Shown here: piece after piece, positions 23,432 to 33,923 of the stretch
Numbering within the stretch: position 1 is the stretch's first letter
How the letters are laid out: the number at the start of each line of letters is the position of its first letter
Assembly (NCBI GenBank): GCA_000091205.1
Contig: AP006502.2
Source: Cyanidioschyzon merolae
Lineage: Eukaryota
Direction: 5' to 3' (one strand)
DNA: 64,000 nucleotides
Notes under the pieces: generated by a model
What the model was told of the DNA's origin: nothing
What the model saw: only the letters and a program-made list of their open reading frames with translations
Database searches by the model: none
Translations under genes and position numbers: made by a program

Positions 23432-23921
23432 CTTGAAATATGCGTGATTCTAGCACGCTACACGAACGTAGGGAGGAAGCGCAGAGGTCGTCATTTATGA
23501 ATCGAACAACGATATCGCTTAGTTTACGAGCTATTCATTGGGACGTCGCGAATCATCTTCGAGTCGGCGACTGCGCGACTGACAGCGGCATAACGTTGAA
23601 GGCACCGCTCCGAAAAGACGACTAGGAGTCCTGAACGTATGCATGAATTCGTAAACCCTCATTGCTGTGCTTCGAATATCGAGGTTGTACATGTAAAAAC
23701 AGTTCGGGAAAATTCGCTAGGCAGCAACGGAGCAAGCTGCTCAGTGCTTCATTTTAGTTTGTACGGGTGCGGCCAAGTCCTTCCCAGTAGCTCCTTCCGC
23801 AAAAGGCCGCACTGTTGCGTTCAAGTGAGAATCTCTGTCATATTGCGACATCTAATGAAACAGTATGCGCTTTTCCTGTCATGCTTAGTATCTCCATTCG
23901 AAAGCAGTCGCACTGCAGCCA

Positions 23922-24452
23922 TCAAAGAGGCTCTACTTGCCCTCCAGCAAAGCTTAGGATAGCAGCACGTGTAGCCTCTGGCAATGGCAACTGAACAGAG
24001 GATTTTGTTTCCCAATCCTCCGATTCCAGTTCAGCCTCGTCCAGACACCAAAGTTCGATGCGTATGCAAGGTAGAGGTTGCCTACTCCGGCGAGTAGTGC
24101 TCTCGATAGAGCCTGAGGCTGCCTCTGTTTCCGTTGACCAAGCTATCTCGGTCTGCTGTGCGAGCCTCGGCACCTCCCTTTTTAGCGTCTCAGCGACCGC
24201 AACCGTCCTCTGTATGTTGGCCCCGTTGCCTAGCAGTAAAACAGACTTGGGCTTCTGCCGGGAAGCGCTAACTTGCCCTAGTTCTCCCGCCGTCGAAATT
24301 TCTTTTCCTTCCTGACCAGCCTCGACAGCTGGCTGTTCCTGGTTAGATAACGTCAGAAAAGCTCTCGCTTTTGCAACGAAGTAACGGGACTTTTTCTGAG
24401 AGGTGATCGTAAGAACGAGCTTGTCCTTCGGAGACGTCAGTTCGCAGTTCAT
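23922..24452 (-). CDS. Alba-like protein (Rpp25/Pop7-type)
   Basis: 'KDKLVLTITSQKKSRYFVAKARAFL' and 'SVLLLGNGANIQRTVAVAETLKREVP' are the Alba hallmark G-x-A-I-x-x-AV-x-VAE-x-LK. Confidence 0.55.
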   Translation of the reverse strand: MNCELTSPKDKLVLTITSQKKSRYFVAKARAFLTLSNQEQPAVEAGQEGKEISTAGELGQVSASRQKPKSVLLLGNGANIQRTVAVAETLKREVPRLAQQTEIAWSTETEAASGSIESTTRRSRQPLPCIRIELWCLDEAELESEDWETKSSVQLPLPEATRAAILSFAGGQVEPL

Positions 24453-24589
24453 AGCCTTGGCAACACAAGTTCCTCACGCTTCAAGCAGCACGTAATGTAT
24501 GCTTGCTCCTTGAGGCTCGCTACGTACATAGTCTCAAAGCTACGCGTCCACACCCGCAGGAAGAGGCATGAAACTTGTAATAGCTTGGT

Positions 24590-24862
24590 TTAATCAGAAC
24601 AATGGCGAGCACGCCGAAAATACCTGAAGTGGGCGCTCCCAAAAAATGTCTCGCGATAGTGGAGCTTAAATATATATCTACCCACGCTCTGTCGCCTACC
24701 GGCCATTTTTGACCTGCCGCCTGCTATCGGTTTCAGTTTATCCAGGCACACCTCGAGCCTGAGAGGCTGCCTCACAAAGGTGGATCGTCTCAGCTCCTCG
24801 GGCCTCATCTTCAGGATCAAACATCGTCTAATATTGCTAGCAACTTCTGAGTCTCGGTTCAC
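24590..24862 (-). pseudogene. TnpB/Fanzor-like relic, family II, C-terminal fragment
   Basis: 'NRDSEVASNIRRCLILKMRPEELRRSTFVRQPLRLEVCLDKLKPIAGGRSKMAGRR' is a degraded RDxNAAxNI motif followed by the family-II conserved tail. Confidence 0.45.
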
Positions 24863-25467
24863 GAACTCCTTGCGTGCAGTGCCCTCTGGTTGGCCTCATC
24901 AATGCAAGGATTCCCCGAAAACATGCCATCTGTGGAATGAAGGTATCTTCATCGCCCTGCGGGCGAACAGCTTTTCTCGCCTACCTCACCTCTTGCTTTT
25001 CATTATCTTCTTCATTGCTTGCTCTTGTTTTCTTGATGATCGCCGAGAAGAGATTTTTTCGTTTTTTTTCACAGCAGCCAGCGAGGACTGTCCTCTAGGA
25101 TCCCCGACTTCCATGTGCGCACCTTTCCATTGGGGTTTTACTCTTGAAAATGAATGCCCTTCAAGAGAATCTGCTTTAAACCGCAAAAAAGCAGTTGATG
25201 ACACCCACCAGGTGGCGGAACGCAATTCAGGTTAAAGATCATAGTCTGCATCGCGTCGAGCGCGCGGATCTCGCAGGACTGACCGCTGCTGCTCGAAAAC
25301 TGCATTGATTTAGTTGCAATCCTCTTACGTGGTGTTCTACGTGGAATATTACTGCGCCTCTAAAGAGTCTGTGCGGGGTACTTTACTCGAAAAAGAGTTC
25401 AAGTTGGGTAGGAAATATCGGATACGTTATCCTAGGCGCCTGAAACGTCCGTGCCGTAGGGCGCAAT

Positions 25468-26109
25468 ATGCAGGCGCAGCCTGCGAGCTTTGTCTTCAGC
25501 GGCCAGAGCAGGCGACAGTCGCTTCGCAGCACCCACCGCAACTTAGTTCGTCGCATTATATGTACCTTTTCTACACGTGACAACTCTTGGACTGACGGCC
25601 TCGTGGCTCGGCGAGGAAGTCCTGCGGATCGCGGCGTCATCTTCCGCTCAATTCTCTCTGAAGGCATGAATCCTCTTGGCATTCGGACAGAGCGTTTTCT
25701 GGTCGTTGAAGAGAAGGATTTTCAAAGTCAAAAGAATCAGATAGTTGGTTTCGGCCAGCTGCGTCCTCTCTCTGCAACGGACTTAGAGTTAGCCTCTGTT
25801 TACGTTGCACCTGCGTATCGCAGGCGAGGCATCGCATCCAGGATCGTGGCCCACCTCCTCGAAGAGCAAAGGCGATCCTTGCACTCGGTCTCGGGCCCGA
25901 AGAAGCGCAGAATCTTCTGCCTTACAGTGGGAAACGAGAGCCTCTACAGCAGAGCCGGATTTACTCGCTTTCCCCTCGATCAAAATTTCATATGGAACAG
26001 CGACATTCCGTGTGGGCTCCGGTTCGAAATGCTAGCGGGTCGTGTGGTCGCAGCTCTTGTGAAACCACAAGACGTGCTTGTGCTGCTCTATACAATCCTT
26101 GAAGCATGA
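25468..26109 (+). CDS. GNAT-family N-acetyltransferase
   Basis: 'VGFGQLRPL...LASVYVAPAYRRRGIASRIVAHLLEE' carries the acetyl-CoA binding motif A (R/Q-x-x-G-x-G/A). Confidence 0.55.
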   Translation: MQAQPASFVFSGQSRRQSLRSTHRNLVRRIICTFSTRDNSWTDGLVARRGSPADRGVIFRSILSEGMNPLGIRTERFLVVEEKDFQSQKNQIVGFGQLRPLSATDLELASVYVAPAYRRRGIASRIVAHLLEEQRRSLHSVSGPKKRRIFCLTVGNESLYSRAGFTRFPLDQNFIWNSDIPCGLRFEMLAGRVVAALVKPQDVLVLLYTILEA

Positions 26110-26486
26110 AATACAGCCCAAGGAGTGCACCGCTTGCGGCTACCAAGATAAGTGTTCACACGATAAATGACAAGACTACTCGTATCGTGCTTGGTCTCCG
26201 TGCACCGACCAGTATCCTTTGAATAGTGCGACCCATGAGGCGAAACACGGATTCTGAAAAATTTTCTTGGAGCTCTTGGAGTGTCCGTGTCAAGAGACTC
26301 CTCTCTGTGACGCGTGCGGAAATCATTTGATAACTACGGGGACCTAGAATGCAGTTCGGTCGAGCACTAGGAACAGTGGGGTTCCTTGAAGTTGGCGGGA
26401 AGAGCAAAACAGCACTCCTTAGTAAAGGCTCTCGTCGTGGAGTAACTTTCATTTCTCCCAGGGTTTCACGTTGAAGTGGGTAAACG

Positions 26487-27038
26487 ATGCCGCTGGAGGC
26501 GGTAAAAGTGGGGTTGGCGCTTTTCGGCACAGTTGCTGGTGCTTTGGGAGCGTGTTCCGTGCCCTTCCTATTCACTCGCTGGCCCTACGTCGCTACCACG
26601 AACAAAGCACTTTGTGATCTACGTGAAATACTGAAACCCCTGGCGAAACCGACCGCATCTTTTCTTGATATCGGTTCTGGAGACGGCTCTGTGGTTGAAC
26701 TTGCAGCAATGACTGGCTTTGGCTCGAGCTTGGGTATCGAATCGAATCCTGTACTCGCGTTTTACAGCAAGTGGCGACTGCGAAAACTAAGAAATGCTAC
26801 TTGCCTCTGGGGGCGGTACCAAAATATGAACTTTTCCGGAATCGATACAGTTTACGTGTACGGAGGAGAACAGATAATGACTGCTCTGGGTGAAAAACTT
26901 ACGGCAGAACTGAAACCAGGCGCAACCATAGTCTGCAATTCTTTTCCGCTCCCAAAACCTGAAAACCACATTGGAAAAAGGTGCTTATTCTTCATCAGGC
27001 GAGCCGGTAGCTTATATATCTACCGTGTGCAAAACTAG
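26487..27038 (+). CDS. Class I SAM-dependent methyltransferase, FAM173 (ATPSCKMT/ANTKMT)-like
   Basis: An N-terminal TM helix is followed by 'PYVATTNKALCDLREIL...FLDIGSGDGSVVELAA..GIESNPVLAFYSKWR'. Confidence 0.55.
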   Translation: MPLEAVKVGLALFGTVAGALGACSVPFLFTRWPYVATTNKALCDLREILKPLAKPTASFLDIGSGDGSVVELAAMTGFGSSLGIESNPVLAFYSKWRLRKLRNATCLWGRYQNMNFSGIDTVYVYGGEQIMTALGEKLTAELKPGATIVCNSFPLPKPENHIGKRCLFFIRRAGSLYIYRVQN

Positions 27039-28276
27039 GCTTCATAGCCATTGTCGATGGAGGTGCCCCGGACTCGAGTCGCTTCAGTTGTATACAGATG
27101 TTTCCACAACAACTCTGGCGCCGGCTCGGGGGCATCCAGCGCCCTTTTGATTGCCTCGTCCACATCCTGTCGAATTGCCCTCTCAGTCTGCTTCAGCTCA
27201 TCAGCAGTCACCCAGCCAACGTCTACGAGTCGGCTCTTCACTTTCTCGATCGGATCACGCGTTTTTCTCATTTCATTGATCTCATCGCGTGTTCTATAGG
27301 TTATGCCAGGGTCACTCATCGAGTGCCCGTGATAGCGATATGTCTGCATCTCCAGCAAAATGGGTCCATTTCCTTGTAGACACCAGTCTTTCGCAAACCG
27401 GGTGGCCTCTCGAACCGCCAGAACATCCATGCCGTCGACACGTATTCCGGGAATGTAAGCTCCCCGCGTATAGTACAAAGGATTAGCTGCTGCTCGATTT
27501 GCGGATGTTCCCATGCCGTACTGATTGTTTTCAATCACGTAGACAACGGGTAACTTCCAAAGTGCGGCCATATTAAATGATTCGTAGACTTGGCCCTGGT
27601 TTGCCGCCCCATCGCCCATCATGGTTATAGAGACAGCGTTTTCCTTTTTGTATTTCGCGGCAAATGCAAGGCCTGTTCCCAGTGGCACCTGAGCTCCCAC
27701 AATACCGTTGCCACCAAAGTAGTTGTTTTCCGGAAAATACAGATGCATTGAGCCGCCCTTACCTTGCGAGCATCCGATCGCGCGACCCAGAAGTTCCGCG
27801 ATGATGCCCTCCACAGTGTCGCCACGCATGAGCTGCTGGCAATGGTTGCGATAGGCAGTAATGAGATAGTCGTCAAACGTAATCACTTGTGACATACCAG
27901 CCGCCACTGCCTCCTGCCCGTCGTATAGGTGGCAGAAACCTCTGATTTTTTGCGCTTTGTACAGCTGATCGGCACCGATCTCCATCCTTCTCATTGTAAA
28001 CATCAACCGGTGATACCCCAGAAGTTCTTCTCGGGAGGCTTGAACCAACGTTTCAGGTCCACGATCCAACAAATACAGTGCGAACGGTGAAAGTTCAAAG
28101 TTTTTCGTCGAAGGCGCAGAGGGCTTCTCCGCTCGGGCCTCAACCCGCTCCCTCTGGACTGCAGCTGAAGCAGAGTCCGTGCTCCCAGCTGCACATGTGA
28201 ACCGCAACCGTCCTCTTGAGCAGACACCCCACAACCTTCTAGACGAGGCGCGAAGCGCCATCCAAATAAGATGCAT
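27035..28276 (-). CDS. PDHA: Pyruvate dehydrogenase E1 component alpha subunit (organellar; N-terminal presequence)
   Basis: 'FCHLYDGQEAV', the TPP-binding 'GDGAANQGQVYESFNMAALWKLPVVYVIENNQYGMGTS' and 'YRYHGHSMSDPG' are present. The ORF extends to 28423, but the likely start is 'MHLIWMALRASS' at ~28276. Confidence 0.85.
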   Translation of the reverse strand: MHLIWMALRASSRRLWGVCSRGRLRFTCAAGSTDSASAAVQRERVEARAEKPSAPSTKNFELSPFALYLLDRGPETLVQASREELLGYHRLMFTMRRMEIGADQLYKAQKIRGFCHLYDGQEAVAAGMSQVITFDDYLITAYRNHCQQLMRGDTVEGIIAELLGRAIGCSQGKGGSMHLYFPENNYFGGNGIVGAQVPLGTGLAFAAKYKKENAVSITMMGDGAANQGQVYESFNMAALWKLPVVYVIENNQYGMGTSANRAAANPLYYTRGAYIPGIRVDGMDVLAVREATRFAKDWCLQGNGPILLEMQTYRYHGHSMSDPGITYRTRDEINEMRKTRDPIEKVKSRLVDVGWVTADELKQTERAIRQDVDEAIKRALDAPEPAPELLWKHLYTTEATRVRGTSIDNGYEA

Positions 28277-28535
28277 GTTCTGAGTACTGAACACCGCCAA
28301 CAAGTTCCAAAAGCGTCGAACGACCAAAGCCGACGTAGTGCACTTTGCGGTGCAGTTTCCAGGTATTGAAGAAGAGCTATGCAGGCGAAAGGTATGCAAT
28401 GCTTTGAGTAGGAGCGACCGCACCGCTCGACAGCGGCTTCGCGGGCGGCGCGCACTCTATAACATTGTTCTCGAGACCAGCGTCTGCAGCGTGGTGTGCC
28501 AGGCTTTAAGCAAGGTTGGCTACGAGTTTGAAAAG
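28277..28535. promoter_or_regulatory. Short divergent intergenic region between PDH E1-alpha (-) and Ran (+), putative bidirectional promoter
   Basis: This is inferred from the head-to-head arrangement of the two genes. I did not identify any motifs. Confidence 0.35.
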
Positions 28536-29222
28536 ATGCAGAGCAACCCTGTTAGTGCTCAACAACCGAACGCTACAGCTGGCGAGAGCATCCCTACTTT
28601 CAAGATCGTCCTTGTTGGAGATGGCGGCACTGGTAAAACAACTTTTGTGAAGCGGCACTTGACGGGCGAGTTTGAGCGGCGGTATATAGCAACGCTTGGT
28701 GTTGAGGTTCATCCTTTGAAGTTCTACACAAACAGAGGCCCGATCTTGTTCAACGTTTGGGACACTGCGGGTCAAGAAAAGTTTGGAGGTCTGAGGGATG
28801 GGTACTACATCCAAGGCCAAGGTGCCATAATCATGTTCGACGTGACGTCGAGAATCACGTACAAGAACGTGGCGAACTGGCATCGTGATTTGGTACGCGT
28901 ATGCGACAATATACCAATCGTGCTGGTAGGAAACAAAGTAGATGTCAAGGATCGGAAAGTGAAAGCGAAGCAGATCAACTTTCATCGGAAAAAGAATCTT
29001 ATGTACGTGGATATATCGGCAAAGAGCAATTACAACGTTGAAAAACCGTTCCTATGGCTTGCTCGAAAACTAACAGGAGACCCGAATCTTGTCTTTGTTG
29101 AGGCGCCAGCCCTTGCTCCGGCCGAGATCCAGATAGATGAGGAATACAAACGACAAATGGAGGAGGAGCTCCAACAAGCGCAAGCGGTGCCGCTTCCTGA
29201 TGAGGATGACGAGGAAATGTGA
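28536..29222 (+). CDS. RAN: Ran GTPase
   Basis: '[40 protein letters not shown]', '[17 protein letters not shown]' and '[14 protein letters not shown]' are present, along with the acidic tail 'DEDDEEM'. It is single-exon. Confidence 0.9.
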   Translation: MQSNPVSAQQPNATAGESIPTFKIVLVGDGGTGKTTFVKRHLTGEFERRYIATLGVEVHPLKFYTNRGPILFNVWDTAGQEKFGGLRDGYYIQGQGAIIMFDVTSRITYKNVANWHRDLVRVCDNIPIVLVGNKVDVKDRKVKAKQINFHRKKNLMYVDISAKSNYNVEKPFLWLARKLTGDPNLVFVEAPALAPAEIQIDEEYKRQMEEELQQAQAVPLPDEDDEEM

Positions 29223-29611
29223 CAAGCTGAGCGAGTTGTAGGCGCTGACCTCTACGCTCCTCCGTAAACAAGATCTTCGCGTTAAAAAACGTTCTGATCA
29301 GGGTGCGGGCGAGCATCTCTGTTGGCCAGACACATTTACAGATCCCACCGGAAGGAAAGCTTATCGACGTATGGAATTGGTCCCTATATTACATCCATGA
29401 GGTTTTTATGAGGATTGGGGCATTTAGGGCACGCAAGACGCTGTTCTTGTGCGGTGGGGAACCACTGGAGTACCCTCCATAGAAATCATCACTCGTGGAG
29501 CGTGTCCAGACGTCGCCTAGTGTCTGCATGTTCTGAGCAATTTCAGAATAAAGTGGAATTAGTCCGCTTCTAAAAACGTTCCCGCGAATGTTTCTACCTC
29601 TTCACATTGTG

Positions 29612-30590
29612 ATCGACGCCAGCCAGCGCGGGATTTTTCTGTGACTGGTTCTTCTCCCCGCTCTTATCTCCAGCCTTCAATACGTCGTGCTCTCCTATCC
29701 GTCCAGCTCTGTTGCCAGCAGTCGAGGGATGTTGATGGCAACGTTACAGCCACGATTTCGCCGCTTCCTCTTGTTTTCTACGTATTTCATGTACAGACGA
29801 AGGTTGCAATCAAGCCTTTGCTTCGCATTTTCACCCTTTTTCTGTTCAACTTTAATGCGCCCACATAGCGGTGGTAGGTGACTGCGCTCAGGTCCTCACG
29901 AATGTCCACAACGCCTAATCCGCCAAGCGCCGCCCCGTGGTACATGCGCGCTTGCTTTGTCGCCCGGTGAATGCGCTTGACGAGCGCCGGCGGCTCCCGT
30001 AGATGCCCTCCGGTCCTGCGCCCTGTGCCGTGCGCTACGCTCACGCGCTTTCCCTGAGTAGTCCCGCACGCGAGCACTCTGGCAGCTGCACGCGCAAGCG
30101 CTCGCTGTTCCATTTCAGTCGAGGATTGGTGGTGCGCGATGCTTTCCATGTTGAAATAAGTACCTGAAAAAAGCCCAAGATTGGGAACACATCCAGATAT
30201 TTCGATCAGTCTGTTCCGTCCTCGTGCACAACTGAGACGCACTGTCCACTGGAGGCGATCGCTGCGATGATTCAAGTCTTAGAACAAGATTCTTTTCCAC
30301 GCAGACAGAAGATTCGGGGCCCCCCCGGAGAACACTCGAGAGGTGTCATGCTGCCGTTGGGTGCCATTTCATCCATTGCCACAAAGAGAGGAGTTTTCAT
30401 CCTTCGGGCAGAGTCGATTATTTGGGATGACAAGTCCAGTGAACTCGCGGCCTGGGCTTGTGAACAAGCCGTCGAGGAACGACGTCGAGTTGTTTTCATC
30501 GTCACTGGAACGGCGCTCAGTGCTGAACCCACGAGTTGCCTTGCAACAGAGAGATCGAAATTCGGAGAGTGCGTGATTTGAGCATGTTAC
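29612..30590 (-). mobile_element. TnpB/Fanzor-like element, family I, copy A (truncated at both ends; ~98-99% identical to copies B and C)
   Basis: It shares the same set of ORFs as B and C (MNHRSDRLQW..., MEKNLVLR..., MIQVLEQ...). The RuvC-III region reads 'RNRGCNVAINIPRLL' on the minus strand (29725-29757). Its flanks differ from those of B and C. Confidence 0.6.
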
Positions 30591-31845
30591 ATGTAATTAG
30601 AGAATAAGATCGGAGGCTTGTACGTATAAAATGGATACTGACAGCGTTTTTTTCTATCCCCTGCTCGAGTACGTCGAGAATCGTCTCAGTATCGGTGACG
30701 TAAAGTATTCCACTGGAAAGGCCTCGTAGATGTCGCGCCCAAACAGATTACAGAGACTCCTAATGCTACGTACGAATTCGTAAGCCTCTAGAGCAGCATT
30801 TTGAATCTGGAGGCTCTGGATCAAAAATGACATTCCTAAAATATATTGAAAAATAGGAAGAAAGCAAGCTTTTCGGGGCTGCATCTCAATTTGTCAAGGC
30901 TTTAGCGAGCCGGCCAATCGTCAAAACACTACAAAGAGCATCACTCAAATCTTTAGTTAGTGGAGAAAATCGTATGAACAGCAATTTGTAATATTTCCTA
31001 TATTCCGGAAAGTCCCTTTCATTCAATACAAACTCATTTCCAGTTAATTCCATCGAGCAGAATCGAAGAGAGGGCTATATGGGTATTCCCCGCGGAAATT
31101 ATGTGCATAAGAGCCGCTGTTACTGATGTACGACAGAAAATGTGGTCATTGACGTGTGATATATGCACCAGTGAATTCTGAAACACCTGTACCAATACAT
31201 CTATTTTGTTTGCATTTTTTCTATTATTCTAAGCAAAAGCTTCCATCTTTTGGATTGGGCAGAGGCAGCAAAAACCTCTATGCTGTGAATGGTGGCATGG
31301 GAAGAAGAGCTCTAAAAGTGCAAGTCATTCATTCCGCCGTCAACAGCTGGATAAGGCACAGTTCTGATGGACCTAATCGTACACGTCGTGCATCAAAAGA
31401 AACAGTACTTACAAATTCCATAGAGGCGACTCTCTTTTCTTCCTTCAAATCCAGTTCATAATTTCCCAAAAAACACCACCAAAGAAGCCGCAGGATGAAA
31501 AGTTCTTCTACCGCGGATGCAAACGGCGATGAAGAGGCACAGATGTGCAAAGAAGAAAGCACGATCCTGTGATACTCGCGCAACCTATAGCAAATTGTCG
31601 AATTTGAACTAATACGTGAACTCTTATAATTATAATCCTTGACCTGATTTGTGTTCCGCGCATAGGTGAGCGTAATGGAGTGTTTTCTCGTGGTCTATAG
31701 GAGATACATTTGAAGTACGTTCATTTTCAAAAATAGAAAGTCCAAGTGAAAGCTGCTTATGTGGAAATATTGGGTCCTGGAGAGCCGTCATCGCCGATTA
31801 AGTGAGAAAAGAAGTTCTCGCCGACTATAGAGCGAAAAAGAGCAA

Positions 31846-32238
31846 GTGACGAAGATGAAGGCGAATAGATGGAAAGAGAGCCAAAAAAAGATATTTGCCC
31901 GACGGAACGACGACGAGAGTTTCGTGGCACAGAAGGTACCCATTCGAGGAATTTTCGGATGGGTGCGCTCAACCCACGTAAATGCATGCATGGATTTGTT
32001 GAACCGACACGTCAACGCCGCCGTCAATATCGGAAGAAATGTGGTACTAAAGAAGAGACCCAAGGAGCTGGCGCGAACCAACTTTGTGCGGCGACCTCTT
32101 ATAATCGAAGTTCACAAACAGAGGCTTAAGCCGATAGCAGGCGTCGGGTTGAAATATGCTGGGAAGCATCTGCGGGTAGTTGTTAATTTACCCACGGTCG
32201 CGACACTTTTTCGCTCCGTCGAGCAGTACCAACGATAG
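31846..32238 (+). pseudogene. TnpB/Fanzor-like relic, family II, C-terminal fragment
   Basis: 'STHVNACMDLLNRHVNAAVNIGRNVVLKKRPKELARTNFVRRPL...RLKPIAGVGLKYAGKHLR' is a RuvC-III motif with D replaced by H, plus the family-II tail. An upstream 'ICP...C' sits in another frame. Confidence 0.45.
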
Positions 32239-33923
32239 AGAAGGCCTAACTCTCCAGACACACTTCATTTTTCAGCAATTGCTCCAGCCTGTACTCTCCG
32301 GTGGTAGGGCCTATCGCGCAGCCTTGCGGGTGCAAGGCATTCCTTTGGCACATCGCTGATACGATTTATGTGCGACGACGCTCCTCACAGGAATACAGAA
32401 CAGGTTTAAGACGCTTTACGGGCCTCGGCTCGATATCGAGGAATGTTGGAATGCGATTCGAGTCATGCTCGTGGTGGACTGAGTGAGAAGCTCATAGCGC
32501 TATTTGCGATAATATTTTTGGAATTCCACAAGTGAGAGACAACGTGGGACTCCTGAGCATGTTGCCGTGAAGCATCGGCAGGCAAGAAAGTTCGACTCCA
32601 TACAGTTTAGGCTGAAGTGCACGCCTCCTGGAACATTCATTCATTACATGAAATGTGCATAGATGAACCAGCGAACCAGCGCCTTGAGCTTTCAGTGAGT
32701 AAAGTCAAAAACAATGTGGAATTCGCCTGGGTGCTAAGCGGGAGCGTATTTTCTTTTCCCATGATAAACAACTAGAGAACCTTGGTGACAACCTTAAACA
32801 TGTGCAATTGACGACAGCCTCCAACAGGCCAGGGTACTCAAGAGAAATACAAGTATCTGTAAAAAAACAAGATCCGATGCACCGGAGCATGAACTGATGA
32901 GAAACCTATGCTTAGCCTACTCAAGAAAGTGATGCGGCCCATGCTCGCGGAGGCCTGCGCCCAGCATACTCGATTTCCGACAGCATGATACTAACAAACT
33001 GACTGCAGAACAACAATCCTCACGGTGAGCGTGATTCCATCATAAAGGTCACTGCCTTTCTCCCAGTCGCTCATAATTCAAAATGCCGTCCGAAGCAGCA
33101 TCCACGTAGCGATCAAACGCACGGAAAGATTTGAAGCAAGCGCTGCATGCACTGAACGCATTCCATCAAATTAGTGGGATCGAGTGCTTCGCTCCCAGTT
33201 ATTGCACAAGCAGTAACACGTATTTCACCACGGGGGCATGACCCTGTAACTACCCACAGCTGGGTCACTTTGGCGAGACGCGCACAACTCGCTTTCCATT
33301 GCGCATGCCAGCAGCAGCGATTTGCGATGCTCGCTGCCTCTGGCTCTGGCTCTGCCTCCGCCTCGCGCCATCGCAGCGCGGTGTCCAGCCCAGACCTGGC
33401 AGTGTCCGACGTGAAGCACACACACGTCCAGGTGAACAGACGATAACAGCCAGCAGCTGCGATCTCTGCGGAGCGTGCGTATCGGTCTGAACGAGGATCG
33501 CAAAGCGAGTGCACCAACGTTCTCCAGCGCAAGCCGTGTGCCGACACTGTGGCTGTTCATTCTGTGGCCGTCTACCAGCGAACAATGTGGTGCGGGCGAG
33601 TACGCCACAGGTAGGCCTCCAGCATCCATGCGTGCCGCACTCGGATATCGCCGGAAGCGCTCATGAACCCGCACAGGCCACGTTACTGCGCGCGATCGCT
33701 ACTTCTCGCCCCATCGAGCAGAGTCCCCGTGGCCTGCACTGCGCCAGTGGCAGAGATCGCCACGTTGCCCACTGCACTGCGTAAACCTCGATTCATATGT
33801 GCGTAATCACCCTAGCATCCGTACACGCACAGCAGCGCATCGAACACCGGTCCATCCGCAGGCGCGCCTCGCACGGACCCACTGCGGATGCGTGGCAACC
33901 CGTCCGCAGCGCTCGTGCCCCAT

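Noticed and set aside
27035-28423. The full 462-aa PDH ORF, including the first 49 codons that overlap the Ran upstream region.
   Set aside because: The N-terminal 49 codons are unconserved and run into the divergent Ran promoter. The start is more likely the internal 'MHLIWM...' Met, so the upstream extension was treated as a non-coding read-through.
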